Origin: Eledone cirrhosa
Taxonomy: Eukaryota
Direction of reading: 5' to 3'
Length of the DNA: 64,000 bases
NCBI GenBank assembly: GCA_964016885.1
Contig: OZ024747.1
Span: 28,892,001 to 28,956,000 of the forward strand
The position numbers and the translations under genes were made by a program. This document shows, piece after piece, positions 44,373 through 62,605 of this stretch; the first letter of the stretch is position 1, and the number at the start of each line of letters is the position of its first letter. Below the pieces are notes generated by a model that made no database searches, was not told where the DNA came from, and saw only the letters and a program-made list of their open reading frames with translations.

Positions 44373-44586
44373 TTTGATTTATTGATATTTTATCTGAGTG
44401 TCCCGAATCTTCCAGATCGTAATTTTTCGGTCGTATGGTTGATTTTAGACATGTTCTATGTGTGTCGGTATTTTAACGATAGTTATAGCTCTGATTTATC
44501 TGAATTATTGAGCCCTCTGCCGCTCATTTCGAATTTTGTTTATCGTGAACTCGTGCGCCGATTTTTCGATGTTCTATTATTCTACT
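44373..44586. other. Unassigned CpG-containing island within the satellite, probably a TE fragment
   Basis: About 214 bp of unique sequence bounded by TA arrays. Confidence 0.4.
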
Positions 44587-44895
44587 ATATATGTATATAT
44601 ATATGTATATGTATGTATATATATATATGTATATATATATGTATATATATATGTATATGTATGTATATATATATATGTATATATATATGTATATATATAT
44701 GTATATGTATGTATATATATATATGTATATATATATGTATATATATATGTATATGTATGTATATATATATGTATATATATATATATGTATATATATATGT
44801 ATATATGTATATGTATGTATATATATATGTATATATATATATGTATATATATATATATGTATGTATATGTATATATATATATACGTATATATATG

Positions 44896-44926
<31 letters not shown>

Positions 44927-45155
44927 GTATATATATATGTATATGTATGTATATATATGTATATATGTATATGTATATATATATGTATATGTATGTATAT
45001 ATATATGTATATATATATATATGTATATATATGTATATATATATATGTATATATATGTATATATATATATGTATATATATATATATGTATATATATATAT
45101 GTATATGTATATGTATGTATATATATATGTATATATATATATATGTATATATATG

Positions 45156-45186
<31 letters not shown>

Positions 45187-45197
45187 GTATATATATG

Positions 45198-45228
<31 letters not shown>

Positions 45229-45695
45229 GTATATATGTATATATTTATATATGTATATATATATATGTATATATGTATATATATATATATGTATATATGT
45301 ATATATGTATATGTATATGTATGTATATATATATATGTATATATGTATATGTATATGTATGTATATATGTATATGTATATGTATGTATATATATATATGT
45401 ATATATGGGTATATATATATGTATATATATGTATATGTATATGTATATATATATATATAGATATGTATATATATATATGTATATATATATATGTATATAT
45501 ATATATGTATATGTATATATATATATATGGATATATATATATGGATATATATATGTATATGGATATATATATATGGATATATATATGTATATGTATGTAT
45601 ATATATGTATATATATGTATATGTATATATATATGTATATGTATGTATATATATGTATATATATGTATATGTATGTATATATATGTATATATATG

Positions 45696-45726
<31 letters not shown>

Positions 45727-45845
45727 GTATATATATATATGTATATGTATGTATATGTATATGTATATATATATGTATATGTATGTATATATATATGTAT
45801 ATATATATATATGTATATATGTACATGTATATGTATGTATATGTA

Positions 45846-45876
<31 letters not shown>

Positions 45877-45889
45877 ATGAATATGTATG

Positions 45890-45984
<95 letters not shown>

Positions 45985-46001
45985 GTATATGTATGTATAT
46001 G
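44587..46001. repeat. (TA)n/TATG satellite array
   Basis: Read directly from the sequence. Confidence 0.95.
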
Positions 46002-46451
46002 TAAAAACAAATAACGAAACCAAATTAAATTTCGTTTCGTTTGTAACTCACTTTTGTATGACTGACGCTTAAACAATTAAGTTAAAGATGTATATCCATA
46101 TATGTATACTGAAATACTAGTATGTATATGAATACACACACGTATACATATGTAGATGTACCAAGTTTTTTTCACTGGTCACTTTACTGTGAGTGGCCAG
46201 CTATTCTGTATGTAAACTCACAGACAAACCGGTTTTTAGAGTCATACTGGTTTTTGAGGAAACACCTTTCCTCTATTCTCCAGAAAGCCAGACAAGGAAT
46301 ATTGAACTAGTTTCGTTATTGTTACAACTCATCAGCAATATTTACCTATCTTCCGGCCTCTCTAGAGAATCGTAAAAGCACATATCGTTATATGCTTTTT
46401 CTATGAAAATTAGTAGTGGGCAGACTAATTTGCATAGAGTGTGAGTAAGTA

Positions 46452-46748
46452 CCGGTTCAACAGAGACGATAAAAACAAATAACGAAACGAAATTAAATTT
46501 CGTTTCGTTTGTAACTCACTTTTGTATGACTGACGCTTAAACAATTAAGTTAAAGATGTATATCCATATATGTATACTGAAATACTAGTATGTATATGAA
46601 TACACACACGTATACATATGTAGATGTACCAAGTTTTTTTCACTGGTCACTTTACTGTGAGTGGCCAGCTATTCTGTATGTAAACACACAGACAAACCGG
46701 TTTTTAATTTCGTTTCGTTATTTGTTTTTATCGTCTCCGTTGAACCGG
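46452..46748. mobile_element. MITE with ~46-bp TIRs and TA flanks; partial direct copy at 46003-46237
   Basis: TA|CCGGTTCAAC.GAGACGATAAAAAC...GTTGAACCGG|TA, one mismatch between the TIRs. Confidence 0.8.
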
Positions 46749-47352
46749 TACTCGAGAGAAGGCTGCGTTGGTATGGACACGTGATGCGCATGAAAGTCGA
46801 TAGCTGTATAACAAAGTGCAGGGCAATAAAGATAGACGGTAGCCACGGAATAGGCAGACCTAGAAAAACATGGGATGAGCTGATAAACTCCGACCTCACA
46901 CACTTACACCTCTCCAAGACAATGTCACTGGACCGAGACCTTTGGCGGTACTCAGTAACAGAGAAGACCCGCCTTGCCAGTAGGCATCTCTAACAAAATA
47001 CACCCCGTCCCGCCACCACCCCCACCCCATACACACCACCCCGTTCTATGTAAAGTTATGCTGGTGCCGCGCCATCCAGGCCGAAACAAATGAGATCGTG
47101 TAGGTGTCACGACAAAAAAACACACAGTCCACGCTGTAATGTGGCCGTGTAGGCAACACGGTAAAAACCTCCCAGACCCACACTGTAAATGTGGTTGGTG
47201 TTAGGAAGGGCATCCAACTGTAGAAAACCTGCCAGACAGTCCTATGCGAGCAAGACAATCACTCTTGCCTCAAGTGGGACTACCCCCGTCCAAACCCATG
47301 CAAGCGTGGAACACGGACGTTAAACGTTGATGATGATGATGATGATGATGAT
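46749..47352 (+). mobile_element. RTE family A 3' fragment
   Basis: [15 protein letters not shown]...GRPRKTW, 3' UTR like 39790-40172, (GAT)n tail. Confidence 0.92.
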
Positions 47353-49404
<2,052 letters not shown>

Positions 49405-51670
49405 ATCATCATCATCATCATCATCATCACCGTTTTACGTCCGTTCTTCCACGCTAGCATGGGTTAGACGGGTTGTCCTGTTGTGGGCAGTGTCTGGTCG
49501 GCTGACCATGCCTTGCTCATACAGGAACTGATCTGGCTTGATTTCTACAGCTGGATGCCCTTCCTAACACCAACCTCATTTACAGTGAGTGCTGGGTGCT
49601 TTTTCGTGGCGCCTACACGTCCACTTTACAGTGTGGGCTGGGTGCTTTTTTGCCGTGGCACCTCCACGACCACCTTGCGGTGGGGGGGGGGGGGGGCATA
49701 TTGTTTATATGCTTCAGCATGTACCCATGGGAGGTCGGGTACCCTGTATTACTGCGTGACGCCAGAAGTCACGGTCGTGTGTCATTGACTTTGAGAGGTG
49801 TAGTTGGGTAAGGTCGGCTTTTATCACCTCATCCCAAGTCATCTTGGGTCTCCCCACTCCGCGGTTTCCATCAACTTCTAGTGCTCTGCACCTTTTTATG
49901 CAGCTGTCATCCTTCATACGCATCACATGTCCATACCAGCGTAACCGCCTCTCCTGCACGCAGCATTTGATTCCTCTTATGCTCAGTCTCTCTCTCAATT
50001 CATTTATGCTTTGTCGTTCACGTATATTACAGTTACACATCCATCGGAGCATGCAGGCTTCGTTTCTCTCTAATCTACGTAAGTCTTCCACCTTCAGCGC
50101 CCAGGTCTCACTACCATGCAACATCGCTGTTCGGATACACGCATCATACAGTCTGCCTTTCATTCTGAGAAGCCTTTTGCAGCTAGCAGTGGTAGTAGTT
50201 CCCTAAACTTCTTCCATCCCGTTCTTACCCTAGTTATTGTACTTTCTGAGCACCCACCTCCGTTGCTAATTCGGTCACCTAGGTAGCAGAAGCTGTCTAC
50301 TGTTTCTACAGGGCCCTCCCAGAGATTGGTGGTACTTGTTTCCTGTGGCTGTTTGCTTGCTGTTTCAGCACAGCTGCTGCATGTGAATCCTACATTCTTA
50401 ATTAAGCTTCCTGAGATCCCGCTACATCTCTTGTGTACCCATTGTTTGCATTTGGGGCAAAGAATGGAGTTCCTACCTACACCTTTCCTACATACTGAGC
50501 AAGGCCATTTCCCTGAGGGGATCTGGGTTCTGTTTTCTCGTCTACTTATAAGGACCTTAGTCTTTGTCATGTTGACTTTGAGGCCCTTTCTCTCTAGTCC
50601 CTGCTTCCAGGTTTGGAATTTATTCTCTAGTTCTACCATAGATTCAGCTATGAGTGCGAGGTCATCAGCATACAGGAGTTCCCATGGGCATCCGGTCTTA
50701 AACTCCTCCGTTATTGCCTGCAGGACTATGATGAACAGGAGAGGGCTAAGAACAGAGCCCTGGTGGACCCCAACCTGTACGCTAAATTCCTCGCTATACT
50801 CATTGCCAATCCTAACTTTGCTGACTGCTCCCCTATACATGGCTTGTACCGCTTTCACAAGCCATTCATCTACTCCTAGTTTTCTAAGAGCCCACCAGAT
50901 TACTGCACGTGGAACTCTGTCAAAGGCTTTCTCAAGGTCGACAAATGCCAAGTAGAGTGGCTTACTTTTAGCTAGGTACTTTTCCTGTAATTGCCTCACA
51001 AGGAAGAGCGCATCAGTGGTGCCTTTCCCTGGTACAAACCCAAATTGCATCTCGTCTATATTCACCCGGTCCCTAATCAGCTGTGCTATAACTCTTTCTG
51101 TTACTTTCATGACCTGGTCCATCAACTTTATACCTCTATAGTTTCCTCTATCTAGTGCATCGCCTTTACCTTTGTAGCAGTTGACAATGATGCTACTGCA
51201 CCAATCTTTTGGTATGGCCCCCTCTAGTATTACCTGGTTAACGATACGTGTGGTTATAGTGTGACCTACAGACCCAGATGCCTTCAGCATCTCGGCAGCT
51301 ATACCCGATGGACCGGTTGCCTTCCCTATCTTCATATCTCTGATTGCCTTACTTACTACGCTGCCGCTGACTTGTACTGCTGGTCCCTCTATAGGGTCTA
51401 CGTGGGGTAGGGTCTCTTCTTCCCATGCATTCTCCTCATTTAGTAATCTATCATAATGACTCTTCCATGCATCTTTCTTCTCAGCACTTGTGAGGGCAAG
51501 CTCACCTTTATCATTCCGGATACACTTCTCTCCAATGACATCACAACTATCTCTGACACACTGCCTCGCAATCTTGAATACCTACTGTTTCTGGTCCTCA
51601 CGTTGTAAAACATGCTTGAATTTTCTATCCTCTGCTTCCCTCCTAGCTAAGTATACTTGTCGCCTAGCTT
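49405..51670 (-). mobile_element. RTE LINE family B, 5'-truncated
   Basis: RT ORF 50160-51335 (frame open further upstream); a small deletion near 50165 shifts the frame to 49714-50163; (GAT)n tail. Confidence 0.93.
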
Positions 51671-51672
51671 AT

Positions 51673-52298
<626 letters not shown>

Positions 52299-54490
52299 GA
52301 CATAGATAATAACTGGAAGTTCTTACGTGACAACTTGCTGCAGGCTACTGATGAAACCTGTGGCTGGAGCAGAGCTCCAACCAGACAGAGAGTGACCTGA
52401 TGGTGGAACAGCACAGTAGATAAGGCTATTAGAGACAAAAGACTAGCATGGAAGGCTTGGAATAAGGGTGGGAGTAGGGAAGAATATACAGCCACTAAGA
52501 GAGAAGCTAGACGTCAGGTGTACTTAGCACGCAGGGAGGCAGAGAGTAGGAGGTTTGCCAATGTTCTGCGACGGAAGATCAGAGGCGTGCGGTGTTCCAC
52601 ATTGCAAGGCATTGTGTCAATGCAAATCAGGATGTTGTTGGTGATAAATGTGTCCGGGATGATGCCGGTGTACTTAGTGTCACGAATGACCAGAAAAAGG
52701 AGGCCTGGAAATGTCATTATGAGAGACTGATGAATGTGGAGAACGAATGGGAGAGAGAGAAATTACCCTTGGTAGATCCGACAGAGGGACCAGCTATTGA
52801 GATTGACGAATATAGGGTCCAAGAGGCGATTAGGGAAATGAAAAATGGTAAGGCGGCCGGATCATCGGGAATAGTTGCTGAGATGCTGAAGGCATCAGGG
52901 GACGTAGGCACTAAACTGGTTGCACGCATCATCAATCAGGCTATATATGGTGGTGTCATACCCAAAGACTGGTGCAGCAGTATTCTCATAAATTGCTACA
53001 AAGGTAAAGGGGATGCTTTGGAGAGGAGCAATTATAGGGGTATAAAACTGATAGATCAGATTATGAAAGTGGCAGAAAGGATTTTAGCACAACTAATTAG
53101 AGAAAGGGTCAAACTAGATGAGATGCAGTTTGGTTTTGTGCCTGGGAAGAGTACAACAGATGCCCTCTTCTTGGTGAGACAAATGCAAGAGAGGTTCTTA
53201 GAGAAGAATAAGCCACTATACTTAGCCTTTGTTGACCTAGAGAAGGCCTTTGATAGGGTACCCCGATCTGTCATCTGGTGGTCCCTAAGGAAGCTGGGTG
53301 TTGAGGAATGGCTTGTGAGGACAGTGCAAACTTTGTACAGAGGTATTCTCAGTAAAGTCAGGGTAGGAATGGAGTTTAGTGAGGAATTCCAGATACAAGT
53401 AGGAGTACATCAGGGTTCGGTCCTCAGCCCGCTCTTGTTCATTATAGTCCTCCAAGCCATAACAGAGGAGTTTAAGACTGGCTGTCCATGGGAACTTCTC
53501 TATGCTGACGATCTGGCTCTTATGGCAGAATCAGTAGAGGAGCTAGAGAATAAATTCCGGCTATGGAAACAGCAGTTGGAAGCAAGAGGACTGAGAGTAA
53601 ATCTAGCTAAGACAAAAGTGTTGATGAGTAAAAAAGAGGACAAAACCCTGATTCCGTCAGGGAAATGGCCATGTTCGATATGCAGAAAAGGAACTGGCAT
53701 AAATTCTATAAAATGCACACAATGCAGGTCCTGGGTACACAAGAGATGTAGCGGGATAGAAGGCAAACTAACAGGTAGGGAGAAATATGTATGCAGTAGA
53801 TGTATAGGGAAATTAGACAGTAGAAGTCGCACTGATAGACACATTTTTCAAATGCGAGAGGGCGCTATAGAAGTGGTGGATAGCTTCCGGTACCTAGGAG
53901 ATCAGATTAACATGGGAGGAGGGTGTTCCGAGGCCATAGTATCTAGAATAAGGACGGGTTGGAAGAAGTTTAGGGAGCTGCTTCCTCTGTTGACGAAGAA
54001 GGGTTTCTCCCTGCGTACGAAAGGCCGGTTGTATGATGCCTGTGTGAGGAGCGCGATGCTGCATGGTAGTGAGACATGGGCAGCAACCGCAGAGGATATG
54101 CGACGGCTGGAGAGAAATGAGGCAAGCATGCTCCGTTGGATGTGCGTGAACGACCCAGCATAAATGTGTTGAGAGAGAAACTATGTCTGAGAGGGATAGA
54201 ATGTAGTGTACGGGAGAGGAGACTGAGGTGGTATGGACATGTGATGCGCATGGAGGATGACCGATGGGTGAAGAAGTGCCAGGAAATGCCAGTTGAAGGA
54301 AGACGTAGTAGAGGTAGACCACGAAAAACATGGGCAGAGGTGGTGAGAACAGACCTCAGATCATTGAAGCTCACGGTGGAGATGACGAGGGACCGTGACG
54401 AGTGGAGAGATGCTGTGCTGAATAAGACCCGTCCCACCCTTGCAAGCAGGGAAAAGCGGACGTAAAATGATGATGATGATGATGATGATG
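52299..54490 (+). mobile_element. RTE LINE family C, 5'-truncated, essentially no 3' UTR
   Basis: RT ORF 52592-54163 plus frameshifted 54136-54465; the stop is followed directly by (ATG)n. Confidence 0.93.
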
Positions 54491-54532
54491 TATATATATA
54501 TATATGTATATATGTATATATATGTATATATG

Positions 54533-54565
<33 letters not shown>

Positions 54566-54648
54566 GTATATATATGTATATATATATATATGTATATATG
54601 TATATATATATATGTATATATATATATGTATATATATATGTATATATA

Positions 54649-55049
54649 GTATTAATTATACTATTTATGGTTATGTAAATACAAAAACCTTTTGCAGTTA
54701 TATATATTTTTATACAAACCCTAAATAGTGGTAGGCAGTAATATATTACTACCTTATTACCAGTAAGTTAAGTAGCTTAATGTAAAAACATCAGATGATT
54801 TACAGAGCAGTTATATGATTGTATCTTTTAATATGAATGTAATCTCTAAGTGTGTACTGCCACTCTAAATGCTGTAATGAATGTTGACCCACAATATTTG
54901 CATATGTATCTGTATGTCTCTTGGATGAAAAGGAGGTCATATAAGTGTTCATTCAATAATAAATTGGTCCGAAGAATCCAAACCTCGGTTTGGAAGAAAC
55001 AGTTGTAAGAATAAAAATGTTTTGAACAGTTCTTTGATTCTTATAATTC

Positions 55050-55050
<1 letters not shown>
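54649..55050 (+). mobile_element. Possible third Penelope-like pLTR remnant with a decayed hammerhead
   Basis: CCGAAGA-A-TCCAAAC(CTCG)GTTTGGA-A-GAAACAGTTGTA at about 54969-55007; island bounded by TA arrays. Confidence 0.45.
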
Positions 55051-56881
<1,831 letters not shown>

Positions 56882-56883
56882 AA

Positions 56884-59060
56884 CAGGATGTGTTCAAGAT
56901 TGCGAGGCAGTGTGTCAGAGAGAATTGTGATGTCTTTGGAGAGAAGTGTATCCGGAACGATAAAGGTGAGCTTGCCCTCACAAGTGCTGAGAAGAAAGAT
57001 GCATGGAAGAGTCATTATGATAGATTACTAAATGAGGAGAATGCATGGGAAGAAGAGACCCTACCCCAAGTAGACCCTATAAAGGGGCCAGCAGTACAAG
57101 TCAGCAGCAGAGTAGTAAGTCGGACAATCAAAGATATGAAGATGGGGAAGGCAACCGGTCCATCGGATATAGCTGCCGAGATGCTGAAGGCATCTGGGTC
57201 TGTAGGTCACACTAACCACACGTATTGTTAACCAGGTAATACTAGAAGGTGTCATACCAAAAGATTGGTGCAGTAGCATCATTGTCAACTGCTACAAAGG
57301 TAAAGGTGATGCACTAGATAGAGGAAACTATAGAGGTATAAAGCTGATGGACCAGGTCATGAAAGTAACAGAAAGAGTTATAGCACAGTTGATTAGGGAC
57401 CAGGTGAAACTAGACGAGATGCAATTTGGGTTTGTACCAGGAAGATGCACCACTGATGCCCTCTTCCTTGTCAGGCAGTTACAGGAAAAGTACCTAGCTA
57501 AAAGTAAGCCACTCTACCTGGCATTTGTCGACCTTGAGAAAGCCTTTGACAGAGTTCCACGTGCTGTAATCTGGTGGGCTCTTAGAAACTAGGAGTAGAT
57601 GAATGGCTTGTGAAGCGGTACAAGCCATGTATAGGGGAGCAGTCAGCAAAGTTAGGATTAGCAATGAGTATAGCGAGGAATTTAGCGTACAGGTTGGGGT
57701 CCACCAGGGCTCTGTTCTTAGCGCCCTCCTGTTCATCATAGTGCTGCAGGCAATAACGGAGGAGTTTAAGACCGGATGCCCATGGGAACTCCTGTATGCT
57801 GATGACCTTGCACTTATAGCTGAATCTATGGTCGAACTAGAGAAGAAATTCCAAACTTGGAAACAGGGACTAGAAAGAAAGGGTCTCAAAGTCAACATGA
57901 CAAAGACTAAGGTCCTTGTAAGTAGACGAGAAAACTGAACCCAGATCCCCTCGGAAATGGCCTTGCTCAGTATGTAGGAAAGGTGTAGGTAGGAACTCCA
58001 TTCTCTGCCCCAAATGCAAACAATGGGTACACAAGAGATGTAGCGGGATCTCAGGAAGCTTAATTAAGAATGTAGGCTTCACATGTAGCAGCTGTGCTGG
58101 GACAGCAAGCAGCAAACAGCCACAGGAAACAAGTACCACCATCTCTGGGAGGGCTATGTAGAAACAGTAGACAGCTTCTGCTACCTAGGTGACCGAATTA
58201 GCAGCGGAGGTGGGTGTTCAGAAAGTACAATAACTAGGGTAAGAACGGGATGGAAGAAGTTTAGGGAACTACTACCACTGCTAGCTGCAAAAGGCTTCTC
58301 CCTCAAAATGAAAGGCAGACTGTATGATGCGTGTATCCGAACAGCGATGTTGTATGGTAGTGAGACCTGGGCACTGAAGGTGGAAGACTTACGTAGATTA
58401 GAGAGAAACGAAGCCTGCATGTTCTGATGGATGTGTAATAGTAATATACGCAAACGACAAAGCATAAATAAATTGAGAGAGAGACTGAGCATAAGAGGAA
58501 TCAAATGCTGTGTGCAGGAGAGGCGGTTGCGTTGGTATGGACATGTGATGCGTATGAAGGATGACAGCTGCATAAAAAGGTGCAGAACACTAGAAGTCGC
58601 TGGAAACCGCGGAGTGGGGAGACCCAAGATGACCTAGGCTGAGGTGATAAAAGCCGACCTTACCCAATTACACCTCTCAAAGGCGATGACACACGACCGT
58701 GACCACTGGCGTCACGCAGTAATACAGAGTACCCGACCTCCTATGGGTACAAGCTGAAGCATATAGGCAATTTGCCCCCACACCCCCCACTGCAAGGTGG
58801 TCGTGGAGGTGCCACGGCAATAAAGCACCCAGCCCACACTGTAAAGTGGACGTGTAGGCGCCACAAAAAAGCACCCAGCACTCACTGTAAATGAGGTTGG
58901 TGTTAGGAAGGGCATCCAGCTGTAGAAATCAAGCCAAATCAGTTCCTGTATGAGCAAGGCATGGTCAGCCGACCAGACTGCCCACAACAGGACAACCCGT
59001 CTAACCCATGCTAGCGTGGAAGAACGGACGTAAAGCGGTGATGATGATGATGATGATGAT
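56884..59060 (+). mobile_element. RTE LINE family B, 5'-truncated, several frameshifts and stops
   Basis: Inverted homologue of 49405-51585; (GAT)n tail. Confidence 0.93.
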
Positions 59061-59684
59061 ATATAGAGTAATGTAAATGTTAAAGGGTTAAGCTGAGAGT
59101 GATGATAAATGAACATTGGTGTGTTTATGTATTCAAAATTAGGTTCTTGGTTTGGTAAAACAACTTTTTAATGGGGTGGGGAGGAGGGCAGGATATAAGA
59201 AAACATTGAACAGGTGTCTCACTTGTGCCATGTGACCATTTTCCTATCACAGTGACAGATGCTCCATCATAATGCCAGGTTTCAACTATCCCAAACCTAT
59301 CATAATTATATAAGTTAAATCTATTTATTAAAATTATTAATTATTCTATTATTAAGACGACTAAACAAAATCTTATATAAAATTATGCTTGAAGGTTTTA
59401 TTTAATTTAAAAAGCAACCCTTTAAAATGATGTGTGTGTGGGGGTAGGTGGGGGCTCATAGAAGCAGGAGTGTTTTGGGTTAGGTTGGTCTCAAATAGGT
59501 TAAATATTTAGCATGTCATTAGATATGTTGATGATGATGATGTATTCATTATATAAGCTTGATGAAACTAACTGAAATATGACTTGGCTTTGTAGGTTAA
59601 GTATGGCTACTCTGAATAGATATAACTATCCTTATAAAGAGTGTTGTTGGACATATATGCTCTTTGGTATTTGTTCCAGCACTT

Positions 59685-59835
59685 CACATTTTGTGTTCAA
59701 ATCTTGCTGATGTCAACTTTGCCTATTATTCCTCTGAGGTTGAAACAAAGTACAAATCAAGTACTGAGATCGACATAATCAACTTTTCAATCCCTCACAA
59801 TTTACTGGCCTTAACCCTAAACTAGAAACCATTAC
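59685..59835 (+). mobile_element. Old SINE-like remnant
   Basis: B-box-like GTGTTCAAATC followed by GTCAACTTTGCCT...; a weaker relative may lie at about 8500-8650. Confidence 0.4.
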
Positions 59836-59946
59836 AGCGACCAAATGAAGGGCAGTTGAAATGTTAAAAGTTGAGGAAAGCTCCTCTCTTCCTGTAGAGA
59901 GCAGTCATAGCCAAGGGTAAGCTCTGTGTTTTCCTCTATATTGTGA

Positions 59947-60265
59947 GAGATAGTTACGTCCATTTAAATGGTGTGTGACATTGTTACCTCCAACTAAATG
60001 GTGTGACATGGTTACCTCCAACTAAATAGTGTATGAGATGGTTACCTCCAACTAAATAGTGTATGAGATGGTTACCTCCAACTAAATAGTGTGTGAGATG
60101 GTTACCTCCAACTAAATAGTGTGTGAGATGGTTACCTCCAACTAAATAGTGTGAGATGGTTACCTCCAACTAAATAGAGTGTGAGATGGTTACCTCAAGC
60201 TGAATAGTGTGTATTAGATGGTTACGTCCCTATTAAATTATGTGAGACGGTTACCTTCCAACTAC
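59947..60265. repeat. 30-bp minisatellite, about 10 copies
   Basis: GAGATGGTTACCTCCAACTAAATAGTGTGT units. Confidence 0.95.
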
Positions 60266-60505
60266 ATGATATCCCGTTGATCATAAACTGCAGTATCTTG
60301 ACATAGCAGCCCCACTGGTATGTCAGACATATTGTGTTGGAATGTCAAACAGTTGGTGTTGGTAGGTTGACAAGCAGCTTAAGGTCATACTACTTTACAT
60401 TGCAATAAAGATCTCACTTTCATCGCTTCAACTAATCTAAAAACTATTTTATTTACTTTTAACTTTTTGCTATTCTCTCTTTTTCTATTAACTTTTCTTT
60501 CATTA

Positions 60506-60620
60506 GGAGCATGGTCAAGTGGGTATAGTGTTGGACCTATGATTATAAGGTTGCTGGTTCAGTTCTTGGATCTGATAACACATTGTATTTTGGAGCAAAG
60601 AGCTTCATTTCATGTTGTTT
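60506..60620 (+). mobile_element. Old tRNA-SINE head
   Basis: TGGTCAAGTGG...GGTTCAGTTC...GGAGCAAAGAGCTTCATTTCA; resembles the heads at 16378 and 42091. Confidence 0.5.
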
Positions 60621-61859
60621 TTATATGACTGGGGCCCCTGATACATCGTAAAAGGCCAGCTAAACCAACTTAGGTGGGAACTGTAACATGATATGATATT
60701 AAAACAAATTTCATTAATTTTTTCATTTTTCAGCCCTTTCATTATCATATTTCTTATAAAAGACACTGCTTATAATTTTGAAAATAATTATATTAAAATT
60801 TGAAGGGATTTTGTAATATATATTTCCTAGCTGGCAGAACAGTAGAGTGTCAGATGAAATATCGTGCATGTCTTTTTGAGGGGTACTTGGCTGCTATTTT
60901 TAGCAGGTTAACTGTCCTCTTAGAGATTCAAATAAAATACCAGTAATATATTAAGGTTCTTGTTTTAGTTCAGCTTCTTCCTCTAACTTCCTAAATGAAA
61001 GAAACCATTTATTAAAAATAGAAATATTTGAACAGATACCATAGCCACCCTTGTTCCTCTTTAAAATAAACTCTCTCTCTCATTATTTTCTCAGTTCTAC
61101 TGGGCTGTTTTAACTCTTAACATCGTGTTATGATTTAGAAAAAAATGTTTAAAACAAATCTGATTCAAATGTTTATAGAGCCTTTATTAGTGGACAAATT
61201 GTTGTGTACATTCGCAGTATTAAAGTAAAGACTTTAATTTCTAATGTGATGCAGTCATGATGCTCTTTTATACTTTTCAAAAATATCTTGCTAATGTTAA
61301 TTCAAATGTTTCTAGTATCTTTATTAGTGGATAGATGAAAATTTGCAGTATTAGATAAATGACTAATTCCTAATGTGATGTAGTCATAGTGCTGTGTAAC
61401 GTTTCACAATATGAAACTATTTTAATAAACAAAATTTCTGATTACTTAAATTCACGCACGCATCATTATGAGTGCCATACACACATATGCATTGGTACTA
61501 ATATCATATGCACACAGTGTTCCTAGTGCTACATATTACTAGTGTCATACACACATACTGTTACTAGTGTCTCACACACACACATGTACACACTACTTAG
61601 CAATATGTGTGTGTATCCTGTCAACATTGATAAGAGGACAGTTACTTTAAGTCAGAGACAAAACAGGTTTTATTACTTATTATATGGAATAGGAAGGATG
61701 TCATTCATTCTCAACTGTATTTGTCTGCAGATGAATTAATGAATTCAGCTATAGACAAAGTTTATTACTAACTTCGAAATATGATTGTAATATTGATCCT
61801 CACTTCCATTGCTACCTTCCCAACTTCGTTGAAGACAAAGAGTGCCCAAGTGTTGTAAT

Positions 61860-62605
61860 AGGGTAGTGCTTGTGCCACAGTAAAATGTACCTAGCTTACC
61901 CTGTAAAGTGGTCATGCTGGTTTAAGAATAAAACACACCCAGCTTGTTGGTGAGAGAATAAAAAGTGCCCAGATCACCCTGTAAAGTGATAGTGCTGGTG
62001 TCTTGATAAAAAGCACCCAGTACACACTGTAAAGTGGTTGGCATTGGGAAAGGCATCCAGCCACAGAAAACAAGTCCAAAACAGAATGTATAAGCGAGAT
62101 GTGGTCATTTGACCTATCTAACCTCAGAATATAGACAACCCATCTAGCTTATGCATGGAAAATATATGGTGAGGATGATATCATCATCATAATCATTAAC
62201 ATCTATTTTCTCTGCTATAAATGATTGAAAGGTCTGTTCAATTGTGTCATTGACATGATGGTGCCACAATAAAATGCATCCAGTACCCTCCTGTAAAGTG
62301 CTCTAATATATGTAAATAAGATGCAGGGCCTTGACTCATCTGAGTACTGACTTGGTCTTTGATGACTGGTCCAAACGATGCCAGCTTAGAAGAATGGGGA
62401 TTAAATGATGATATTGTTTTATGCCTGTTTTCCATACTGGCATGGGTTAGATGGGTTATCTTTGCCTGTGATTAGACAGGCTGGAGCAACCTTATCTTGC
62501 TTTTACATTTTATATTTCTCATAGTTTTTATGGCTAGATGTCCCTCCTAACACCAACTATCTTACAGAGTATACTGAGTGTGTTTTATCATGACACCAGC
62601 GCTAG
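61860..62605. mobile_element. Decayed RTE-3'UTR-like repeats in both orientations
   Basis: AAAAGCACCCAG..CACTGTAAAGTGGTTGGCATTGGGAAAGGCATCCAGC on +; reverse copy at about 62410-62600. Confidence 0.6.

Noticed and set aside
59947-60265. CRISPR-like 30-bp periodicity
   Set aside because: Head-to-tail repeats with no unique spacers, no cas genes, and a eukaryotic context.
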